NCBI GenBank assembly: GCA_003133025.1
Contig: PKZK01000092.1
Span: 1 to 12,410 of the forward strand
Source of the DNA: Vulcanimicrobiota bacterium
GTDB taxonomy: Bacteria; Vulcanimicrobiota; Vulcanimicrobiia; Vulcanimicrobiales; Vulcanimicrobiaceae
Reading direction: 5' to 3'
DNA: 12,410 nt
Shown here one piece after another: positions 1-6,703 of the stretch. Position numbers and translations under genes: made by a program. A model generated the notes under the pieces. The model did not search any database. It was not told where the DNA came from and worked only from the letters and a program-made list of their open reading frames with translations. Position 1 is the first letter of the stretch; each line of letters starts with the position of its first letter.

Positions 1-371
1 GCCACGGCCACGATCGCGACCATGGCGGAGGGGAAGCCCTTGAAGATCCGGTCGACCGCGGGCAGCGTGCCGAAGCTCAGGTAGAGCCAGCTCAGCGTCG
101 TGACCACGATGAACGAGGGCAGCACGGAGCCGAGCCAGCAGACCGCCGCGCCCGGGATGCCGCGAAGCCGGTAGCCCACAGCGACCGTCATGTCCACCGC
201 CACCGGACCGGGCAGCACCTGAGCCACGAGGATCGAGTCGGTGATGTCCTCTTCGGTGGCCAGGCCCCGCGCGGTCAGCGACTTCGACACGACCGCGATG
301 AAGGTCATGAACCCGCCCCACGTCGTCAGGCCGATCCGCAGAAAAATGAGGAAAAGGCGGAGCAGACTCAC
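1..371 (-). CDS. chrA: Chromate transporter (CHR/ChrA family), N-terminal part; runs off the left edge
   Basis: Not in the ORF track. My translation from GTG 371 is MSLLRLFLIFLRIGLTTWGGFMTFIAVVSKSLTARGLATEEDITDSILVAQVLPGPVAVDMTVAVGYRLRGIPGAAVCWLGSVLPSFIVV..., open to position 1. It shows the CHR pattern F-x-R-I-G-x3-(F/W)GG ... AQxLPGP ... GYRLRGxxGA ... LPSF. An alternative in-frame GTG lies at 407. Confidence 0.88.
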   Translation of the reverse strand, partial: MSLLRLFLIFLRIGLTTWGGFMTFIAVVSKSLTARGLATEEDITDSILVAQVLPGPVAVDMTVAVGYRLRGIPGAAVCWLGSVLPSFIVVTTLSWLYLSFGTLPAVDRIFKGFPSAMVAIVAV

Positions 372-418
372 CCGCTCGTGCGAGCCCGCACCCTCGAGCG
401 GGCCCACGTATGCGTCGG

Positions 419-1171
419 CTATGCCGGTAGCCCTCTCATGAAGAGATTGATCCCGAGCCCCGCAAGCCACACGGCCAAGCCCCACTTGAGGGGACGCGAC
501 GGAATCTTATTGGCCAGGAAGCCCCCGACGAACGCTCCGACCACACCCCCGATCAGAAGCTTGGTCAAAATCTCGCCGTCGAAATTGCCCGCGACGACCT
601 GGATTCCGCTGCCGATGACCGAGAGGATCAGGCCAAACGTGAGGTCGGTGCCCACGACGGAGGCCGCCTCGAGCTTGGTCAAACCCAGGAGCGCGAGCGA
701 ACCCAGCGCGCCCGAACCGGCCGACGAAAAGCCGACCTCCGCGCCGACCGGAAACATCAGGGCCGAGAGCAAGCGCGGGTGCTCCCTGTCGACGGCGCTC
801 TTGGGCGGACGCACGAGACGGTAAATGTTGAGGGCGGCCGCGAGAAAGATCGTGATGCCCAAGATCAAGTAGAGCACGTGCTGGTCGAGCGTCTTGCTGG
901 CGGCCTTGAGCAAACTGCCGCCCAGCACGACGCCGGGAACGCCGCCGAGCGCCATCCAGGCCAGGATCTTGTAATTGACCTGGCGCCTGTACATGTACAG
1001 GGGCACGACCAGAAACTTGATGATCGCGGCCAGCGTGAGCGCCGTGCCGACGGCAACGGCCCCTTTCATGCGCAAGACGATGATCAGCAACGGCGTCGCG
1101 ATGGTGCCGCCGCCGACACCGGTAAGGCCGATGGTCGTCGCGATGATGAAACCGACGAGAATCGCCGTCAT
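419..1171 (-). CDS. Sulfite exporter TauE/SafE family membrane protein
   Basis: 250 aa, highly hydrophobic. It has N-terminal GLTGVGGG..TP, AVGTAL, and an internal second repeat GAEVGFSSAGSG ... VGTDL, typical of TauE/SafE (DUF81). SD GAGGTGG lies at 1182-1176. Confidence 0.9.
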   Translation of the reverse strand: MTAILVGFIIATTIGLTGVGGGTIATPLLIIVLRMKGAVAVGTALTLAAIIKFLVVPLYMYRRQVNYKILAWMALGGVPGVVLGGSLLKAASKTLDQHVLYLILGITIFLAAALNIYRLVRPPKSAVDREHPRLLSALMFPVGAEVGFSSAGSGALGSLALLGLTKLEAASVVGTDLTFGLILSVIGSGIQVVAGNFDGEILTKLLIGGVVGAFVGGFLANKIPSRPLKWGLAVWLAGLGINLFMRGLPA

Positions 1172-1323
1172 GGGACCACCTCATGGACCAGGGAAAGACC
1201 GCGCCTGCACAACAACTGAGGGGCCCGTCGACGCACTCCGTGTCCTATGCCTCAGGTCGATGGGTTTTCCTCCTTGGCCGCGCAAGCGCGCTGGGAAGAG
1301 CTTGCGGGCGGACCCGGGGCGCC

Positions 1324-1333
1324 AGCGTACAAT
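1324..1333. promoter_or_regulatory. Putative overlapping divergent sigma70 -10 elements (TACAAT on +, TACGCT on -)
   Basis: AGCGTACAAT gives TACAAT (+, 1328-1333) and TACGCT (-, 1329-1324), both TANNNT and sharing the central TA, in the only divergent intergenic region. No convincing -35 is present on either strand. Confidence 0.45.
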
Positions 1334-1343
1334 TGCTAGGCCG

Positions 1344-1955
1344 ATGCCGAAATTAACGCGGATCTACACCAGGACCGGCGACGACGGCACGACCGGTCTC
1401 GTCGGCGGTCAGCGCATAAAGAAGAGCGCGCTGCGCATCGAGTCGTACGGGACGATCGACGAACTCTCGAGCGCGATCGGCTTGGCCCGCACCGCTCTCA
1501 GGCAGGTCGAAGGCGACGGCGTCGAGGCGGCGCGGAAGCTCGACGCCTGGCTCGCCTGGACCCAGGACGCGCTGTTCAATTTGGGCAGCGACCTCGCGAC
1601 CTTGCCGCAAGATCGCTGGGAGGGCATGCCGCTCGCGTCGCCCGAGGACGCGCTCGCGCTCGAGCGCGCGATCGACGACGCCCAAAACGACCTCGAGCCC
1701 TTGGCTAACTTCATCCTCCCGGGCGGTTCCTATCCCGGCGCCTTCCTGCACCTCGCCCGCACGATCTCGCGCCGGGCGGAACGGCTGCTGGTGGCGCTGG
1801 CCGACAGCGAGCAGATCTCACCCGACGCGTTGCGCTACGTCAACCGGCTTTCCGACGCGCTCTTCGTGTGGTCGCGTTGGATCAACCACGCCCTGGGCGA
1901 ACCCGAGCATCTCTGGAACGCGCAAACGCGCGCGCCCGGCGAGCAGCCGCGATGA
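1344..1955 (+). CDS. pduO: ATP:cob(I)alamin adenosyltransferase, PduO type
   Basis: The true start is ATG 1344 (MPKLTRIYTRTGDDGTTGL), inside the 975..1955 ORF. PduO motifs: IYTRTGDxGxT, RIESYGTIDELSS, QDALFNLGSDLA, FILPGG, LHLARTISRRAER, YVNRLSDALF. 203 aa. Confidence 0.95.
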   Translation: MPKLTRIYTRTGDDGTTGLVGGQRIKKSALRIESYGTIDELSSAIGLARTALRQVEGDGVEAARKLDAWLAWTQDALFNLGSDLATLPQDRWEGMPLASPEDALALERAIDDAQNDLEPLANFILPGGSYPGAFLHLARTISRRAERLLVALADSEQISPDALRYVNRLSDALFVWSRWINHALGEPEHLWNAQTRAPGEQPR

Positions 1956-3487
1956 GCGCGGTTTCCGAACCGGCCTCATTCATCGGGAAGCTCTTCCGCA
2001 CGACCTCGATCGACGTGCTGCGCGACGAGGCCAAACGGCCCTCGCAATTGCGCAAGGTGTTGCGCGCGCGCGACCTCGTCGCAATCGGGCTGGGCTCGAT
2101 GATCGGCGGCGGCATCTTCACCACCATCGGGCCCGGCGTCAAACAAGCCGGGCCTGCGATCATCATCTCGTTCGTGCTGGCCGGCTTAGCGTCGTTCTTC
2201 GCCGCCCTCTGTTACGCCGAACTCGGCGCGATGGTGCCGATTGCCGGCAGCGCCTACACCTACGCCTATGCGACGCTGGGCCAAGTCGTCGCCTGGATCA
2301 TCGGCTTTAGCCTGCTGTTCGAATACGGCATCAGCGCGGCGCCGGTCGCGCAGCAATTCTCGGGCGCATTTCGAACGCTGCTGAGTTCGCTCGGCATCAA
2401 CGTTCCCAAATGGGCGCAGACCTCGCACTTCGTCTTCCACGGAGCATGGTGGGACGTTTCGCGTTGGGATTTCGGCGCCTCGCAGTACGACGTGATCGGC
2501 GCCCTCTTCGTGCTCGCGCTCTCCATCCTGCTCTCACTGGGCATTCGCGAGACCGCGGCGACCAATAATCTCTTCGTGGTCTTGAAGATTCTCGCGCTCG
2601 TGGTGTTCGTCGCATTCGGGCTGCAACTGTTTCACGCCCAAAACCTCACGCCGTTCATGCCCTTCGGGTGGGGCTCGCTCAAACCGTTTTCGGGCGCGGC
2701 GGGCGGCATCGGTAACGGCATCATTCCGGCCGCGGCGCTGGTCTTTTTCTCGTACATCGGTTTCGATGCAGCCACGACGACGGCGGAGGAGTGCCGCAGG
2801 CCGCAGCGCGACATCCCGGTCGGCGTGATGGGTGCGCTCGGGGTGGGCACGGTCATCTACTGCGTGGTGGCGGTGGTTCTGGTCGGCATCGTCCCGTGGC
2901 AAAAGATCGACGAGAACGCAGCGCTCGCAGCGGCCGTCGCACCACTGCACAACCCCTTCGTCAACTGGTCCATCACCATCGGCGTGTTGGCCGGCACGAC
3001 CAGCGTCGCGCTATCGTCGTTGCTCGGCCAGACGCGCATCTTCTACGTCATGGCCCGCGACCGGATGCTGCCGCCCGGCGTCGCCCACATCGACGCGCGG
3101 ACGAAGACGCCCGTCCGCATGACCATGATAACCGGCGTCGCGATCGCCTGCCTGACGCTGATCGTGCCGCTCGACATCCTGCTCAATCTGGTCAACATCG
3201 GTACGTTGCTCGCATTCACGATCGTCTGCGCGGGCGTGCTCTACCTGCGGCGCAGCCGCCCCGATCTGCGCCGCCCGTTCAAAGTACCGTTGGTGCCGCT
3301 CTTTCCGGTGCTGGGCATCTTATCGTGCTCGTTCCTGGCGATCTTCGGCTTGGACCAGTTGACCTGGAAGAGCTTCGGCATCTCGTTGCTGGTGGGCTTG
3401 GTGCTCTACTTCGCCTACGGCTTTCGCCACTCGGCGCCGGAGCAACTCGCGATGATCCCGCCCGAACTCGAAGAGATCAAGGTCTAG
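1952..3487 (+). CDS. APC-superfamily amino acid permease (CAT/YfnA-like)
   Basis: Start ATG 1952 overlaps the pduO stop (ATGA). Motifs: LVAIGLGSMIGGGIF, AGPA, ALCYAELGAMVPIAGSAYTYAY, FFSYIGFD, QTRIFYVMARDRMLP, NIGTLLAF, RPFKVP. There are 12 or more hydrophobic segments. 511 aa. Confidence 0.93.
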   Translation: MSAVSEPASFIGKLFRTTSIDVLRDEAKRPSQLRKVLRARDLVAIGLGSMIGGGIFTTIGPGVKQAGPAIIISFVLAGLASFFAALCYAELGAMVPIAGSAYTYAYATLGQVVAWIIGFSLLFEYGISAAPVAQQFSGAFRTLLSSLGINVPKWAQTSHFVFHGAWWDVSRWDFGASQYDVIGALFVLALSILLSLGIRETAATNNLFVVLKILALVVFVAFGLQLFHAQNLTPFMPFGWGSLKPFSGAAGGIGNGIIPAAALVFFSYIGFDAATTTAEECRRPQRDIPVGVMGALGVGTVIYCVVAVVLVGIVPWQKIDENAALAAAVAPLHNPFVNWSITIGVLAGTTSVALSSLLGQTRIFYVMARDRMLPPGVAHIDARTKTPVRMTMITGVAIACLTLIVPLDILLNLVNIGTLLAFTIVCAGVLYLRRSRPDLRRPFKVPLVPLFPVLGILSCSFLAIFGLDQLTWKSFGISLLVGLVLYFAYGFRHSAPEQLAMIPPELEEIKV

Positions 3488-3493
3488 TGTCGC

Positions 3494-3781
3494 ATGACGT
3501 TCGAGGAATTTCTGCCCGAGTATCTCGACGCGCACGCGCAGCCGGCAACGCGCGTCATCCACGCGGCGGGCACGATCGCGGGTTTGACCGTCCTCGCGGC
3601 GGCGGTCGTGCGGCGCAAACCGGCGCTCGTACCGCTAGCCCTCGCGGTCGGCTATCTGCCCGCCTGGTGCTCGCACTGGTTCATCGAGCACAACACGCCC
3701 AAGACGTTCGGCAAGCCACTCTACTCGCTGCGCGGCGACTTCGTCATGCTGAAACGCACCCTGCGCGGCCGGCTGCGCTAA
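3494..3781 (+). CDS. DUF962 / Mpo1-like small membrane protein
   Basis: 95 aa with the DUF962 pattern: FEEF.PEYL.AH..P.TR.IH..GT, a hydrophobic hairpin, GY..AW.SH.FIEHN.P.TF..PLYSL.GDF.M. It starts 6 nt after the permease stop. Confidence 0.88.
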   Translation: MTFEEFLPEYLDAHAQPATRVIHAAGTIAGLTVLAAAVVRRKPALVPLALAVGYLPAWCSHWFIEHNTPKTFGKPLYSLRGDFVMLKRTLRGRLR

Positions 3782-3794
3782 AGCCGGAACGCCT

Positions 3795-4277
3795 CTATTC
3801 GCCGTCTTGCTGGGCGCCGGCTTCCACCATGCCCGGCGTCATCACGTCGATCTTGGCGCGCGGGCGGTCGTAGCTGACCTTCGAACCGAAGGCGCGCGCG
3901 ATCGTCGCGAGCGAGACCATCATACGCCCGCGCACCGCGAAGGGCGCGTGCTTGAGCAAGAGCCGCTTGCCGTTCATCGTGGCCAAGTTATCCCCGGCGC
4001 GCAGGCGCAGCGTGTCCTTGCCGCGGCTGAGTTCGACGGCGCCGGTCTTGGCGTCGTAATCCGTTTCGGCGCCCAGGTTTTCGGCGACGACGCGCAGCGG
4101 CACGAAGGCTTCGCCCTTGATCGAGGTCACCGGCGGTACGTCGGAGACGATGCGCTGCCCGTCGATGCGCAGCGAGGCGGGCTGCGAGGCAGCCGCCAGC
4201 ACCGACGCGAGTGCCGAGAGCACGAGCGTGGCCAAGACCGTGTTGCGGCTAGGAAGCAGCGACGGGTTCTTTGCCAC
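3795..4277 (-). CDS. Secreted protein with copper amine oxidase-like N-terminal (stalk) domain
   Basis: Signal-peptide-like N-terminus (RNTVLATLVLSALASVLAAA), then IDGQRI.SDVPP...GEAFVPLRVVAENLGAETDYD and a second repeat APFAVRGRMMVSL..IARAFGSKVSYD. There is no catalytic amine oxidase domain. The GTG start overlaps the ispG end by 29 nt; the exact start is uncertain. Confidence 0.85.
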   Translation of the reverse strand: MAKNPSLLPSRNTVLATLVLSALASVLAAASQPASLRIDGQRIVSDVPPVTSIKGEAFVPLRVVAENLGAETDYDAKTGAVELSRGKDTLRLRAGDNLATMNGKRLLLKHAPFAVRGRMMVSLATIARAFGSKVSYDRPRAKIDVMTPGMVEAGAQQDGE

Positions 4278-5409
4278 TGGCCGTCTCGTGCGCGAAGTCG
4301 GGATATTGATCGAGGATGACTTTTTCGATCTCCTCGCGCAGCGCGCCGAGCAATTCTGCTTCCGGGAAGGTGCCGACCAACTCGCCCTTGCGATAGATCG
4401 CGCCCTTGCCTTTGCCGCCGGCGACGCCGACGTCGGCCATCTTGCTCTCGCCGGGTCCGTTGACCACGCAGCCCATCACCGCGACCTTCACGGGCGCCGT
4501 GTACTCCTTGGCAATCGCTTCGACCGAGCGGGCCAGATCCACGACTTCGATCTCGGCGCGTCCGCACGACGGACAGGCGGTGATGTCGAAGCCCTTTTCG
4601 CGCAGGCCGAGCGCCTTGAGAATGCCCCAGCAGACCGGCACTTCTTCCACCGGATCGGCGGCGAGCGAAACGCGCAGCGTGTCGCCGATGCCTTCGAACA
4701 GCAGGATGCCCAGGCCGATCGAACTCTTGATCGTGCCCTCGCGCGGCAAGCCCGCTTCGGTGATGCCCAGATGCATCGCGTACGGCGTGCCGCGCTCCGC
4801 GAGCTTCTTGTCGAGCAGACGGTACGCGTGCACCGTGGTCACGACATCGTGCGCCTTGAGCGAGATGACGATGTCGGTGTGTTCGAGTTCCTCGAGAATC
4901 TCGACGTGGCGCAGCGCGGAGTAGACCATCGCCTCCGGCGTGTGCCCGAACTTCTCCTCGAGGTCGCGCGCGAGCGAACCCATGTTGACGCCGATGCGAA
5001 TCGGCGTGCCGCGCTGCTTGGCCAGCGTCACGACCTCGCGCGTCTTCTTGGGATCGGTGATGTTGCCCGGATTGAGGCGCAACTTCGCCACGCCGGCTTC
5101 GAGCGCGGCCAGTGCCATGCGATGGTCGAAATGGATGTCGGCGACGATCGGCACCGGCGAGCGCTTGACGATGTGCGGCAACCCCGCGGCGTCCCGCGGA
5201 TCCTGACAGGTGACGCGCACGACCTCGCAACCGGCCATGGTCAGACCGTAGACCTGCTCGAGCGTCTTGTCGTAGTCGGCCGTGTCGGTTGTCGTCATCG
5301 ACTGCACGACGATCGGATGATCGCCGCCGATCCAGACGCCCTTGGCGTCGGACTCGCCGCTCTTGTTCTTCAGGAAAACCGGCTTCGACGCGCGGCGCAG
5401 GCGGATCAC
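4249..5409 (-). CDS. ispG: (E)-4-hydroxy-3-methylbut-2-enyl-diphosphate synthase (flavodoxin-dependent, GcpE)
   Basis: Motifs: IGGDHPIVVQSMT, ADIHF, RLNPGNI, IRIGVNMGSL, HLGITEAG, GIGDTLRVSL, and the Fe-S ligands CPSCGR and MGCVVNGPGE. GTG start with GGAAAGGT upstream. Confidence 0.97.
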   Translation of the reverse strand: MIRLRRASKPVFLKNKSGESDAKGVWIGGDHPIVVQSMTTTDTADYDKTLEQVYGLTMAGCEVVRVTCQDPRDAAGLPHIVKRSPVPIVADIHFDHRMALAALEAGVAKLRLNPGNITDPKKTREVVTLAKQRGTPIRIGVNMGSLARDLEEKFGHTPEAMVYSALRHVEILEELEHTDIVISLKAHDVVTTVHAYRLLDKKLAERGTPYAMHLGITEAGLPREGTIKSSIGLGILLFEGIGDTLRVSLAADPVEEVPVCWGILKALGLREKGFDITACPSCGRAEIEVVDLARSVEAIAKEYTAPVKVAVMGCVVNGPGESKMADVGVAGGKGKGAIYRKGELVGTFPEAELLGALREEIEKVILDQYPDFAHETASGKEPVAAS

Positions 5410-5549
5410 GAACGCACCTTTCCAGCCTTGGCGCGACGGACGCGCACGGGCACGGGGCTCAGGCGCCGCCGCGCCCGGGAGCCGGGGAGAGCGCCGGCCA
5501 CGATCAGCACGGCGAGGATGGGGACGAGCGAAATGAGTGCGATCACCAC
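5406..5549 (-). CDS. Small hypothetical single-pass membrane protein (47 aa)
   Basis: MVIALISLVPILAVLIVAGALPGSRARRRLSPVPVRVRRAKAGKVRS*. The GTG starts 1 nt after the rseP TGA, and its TGA overlaps the ispG GTG (GTGA), exactly filling the gap. It is below the ORF-track cutoff. Confidence 0.65.
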   Translation of the reverse strand: MVIALISLVPILAVLIVAGALPGSRARRRLSPVPVRVRRAKAGKVRS

Positions 5550-5550
5550 G

Positions 5551-6696
5551 TCAGAAGACGCCTTTACCCGAGACGATGTTTGCGATGTCGTGGTAGGCCA
5601 CGAAGACCATCAGGACCATCAGGACCGCGAAGCCCGTGAAGTGCACGAGCGCCTCGCGCTCCGGATCCACCGGCCGGCCCCTGACCATCTCGGCCAGGAT
5701 GAACACGGCGCGACCGCCGTCGAGCGCCGGAATCGGCAAGAGGTTGAAGACGCCGAGCGCGATGGAGATCATCGCGACCAGGTGCAGGTACGGACTCCAG
5801 CCGAGGTCTTGCACTTCGGAGGCCGCGCGCTCCATGCCGATCACGCCCGAGACGCCCGCGGCGTGTTCGGCCGGATGCGTGATCAGCCCGATGAGCCCGG
5901 TGAAGTTGCCGATGAAGCCGTCCCAGAAATCCTCGCCCGCGCGCTGTAGACCGTCGATCGGTCCGGTGCGCACGAAGTTGGGCACGCGCACGAAGCCCAA
6001 CTGGCCGATGACCTTGCCGTTCTCCTTGCCTGCGACCGGCGTGACCTGGACCGTCGCGGTGACGCCGTGACGGAGGTAGGTCAGCTTGAGCGGCACGTTG
6101 GCCGACGCGCGGATCTTCTTGACCATCTCGGAGCCGTCGCTGTAGGGCACGCCGTCGATAGCCGTGATCCGGTCGCCGAACTGCAGACCGGCCTGCGCGG
6201 CCGGTTTGCCCGGCAGTACGGTGCCGATCTGGGTCGTCCACGCGTCGGGCGTGGCCACGCCGAAGGTGACCGCGCCGAGGAACAGGATGGCGAACGCCAG
6301 GATGAAGTTGGCGATCGGACCCGCGACCACGATCGAGAGCCGCTGCAACGGGGTCTTGGCCTGGAAGTTGTCGGACTGCGCCGGGTTGGCGCTGCGGAAC
6401 TGCCGCTGCTGCTCGGCCTCGTTGGTCTTGCCGTCCTCGCCCTGCATCGCGCAGTAGCCGCCCAGCGGCAGGACGTTGATCCTGTAGTTGGTTCCGCTGC
6501 GCGGCGAGGTCCACTTCAGCAGCGTCGGCCCGAAGCCGATGGCGAAGTCGTTGACCCGCACGCCGTTGCGCCGGGCAACGAAGAAGTGGCCGGCCTCGTG
6601 CAACACGATCAGGACCGACAGGGCCAACAGAAAGATCAGGATCTTTCCGGCACTGTCCAGGGAAGGGGCGAGCAACGCGAGGGTGACGATCGACAT
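5551..6696 (-). CDS. rseP: RIP intramembrane zinc metalloprotease RseP/RasP (M50) with one PDZ domain
   Basis: Start ATG 6696 (MSIVTLALL) with SD GGAAAGG. Motifs: HEAGH, FAIGFGP, PLGGY, AGPIANF, PDZ (PAAQAGLQFGDRITAIDG), NLLPIPALDGG. 381 aa. Confidence 0.95.
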   Translation of the reverse strand: MSIVTLALLAPSLDSAGKILIFLLALSVLIVLHEAGHFFVARRNGVRVNDFAIGFGPTLLKWTSPRSGTNYRINVLPLGGYCAMQGEDGKTNEAEQQRQFRSANPAQSDNFQAKTPLQRLSIVVAGPIANFILAFAILFLGAVTFGVATPDAWTTQIGTVLPGKPAAQAGLQFGDRITAIDGVPYSDGSEMVKKIRASANVPLKLTYLRHGVTATVQVTPVAGKENGKVIGQLGFVRVPNFVRTGPIDGLQRAGEDFWDGFIGNFTGLIGLITHPAEHAAGVSGVIGMERAASEVQDLGWSPYLHLVAMISIALGVFNLLPIPALDGGRAVFILAEMVRGRPVDPEREALVHFTGFAVLMVLMVFVAYHDIANIVSGKGVF

Positions 6697-6703
6697 GCCT
6701 TTC

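Noticed and set aside
1168..1190. Near-tandem repeat TCATGGGACCA / TCATGGACCA at the tauE start
   Set aside because: Only two short imperfect copies. The upstream ATG opens an off-frame shadow ORF, and no function is supportable.
1188..1260. Glycine-riboswitch-like fragments on + strand (GGGAAAGACC ... CTGAGG ... CCTCAGGT)
   Set aside because: GGAGA, CCGAAG and CUCUCAGG are all degenerate and no P2 stem forms. I do not call it without a cmscan hit.
1189..1320. Cobalamin riboswitch upstream of pduO (AGGGAA at 1190, GGGAAG at 1293)
   Set aside because: The GGUG-x-AA-x-UCC T-loop, GCCCCCGC-x-ACUGU and B12-box elements are not recognisable, and the likely pduO -10 lies downstream of this region.
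975..1343. N-terminal extensions given by the ORF track for pduO (975), permease (1868), rseP (6948), uppS (9750) and frr (10488)
   Set aside because: The extensions overlap neighbouring genes. Family homology, SD motifs and stop/start overlaps support the downstream starts 1344, 1952, 6696, 9459 and 10347.
4117..5949. 610-aa plus-strand ORF, and other long antisense ORFs (7826..8791, 9553..10545, 10416..11516, 6067..6732)
   Set aside because: They lie antisense to unambiguous housekeeping genes and have no recognisable motifs. They are expected shadow ORFs from high-GC codon bias.
507..6514. Same-strand alternative-frame ORFs (507..1184, 2791..3873, 4127..5230, 5564..6514)
   Set aside because: Arg/Gly/Pro-rich low-complexity translations overlapping real genes; typical off-frame products in GC-rich DNA.
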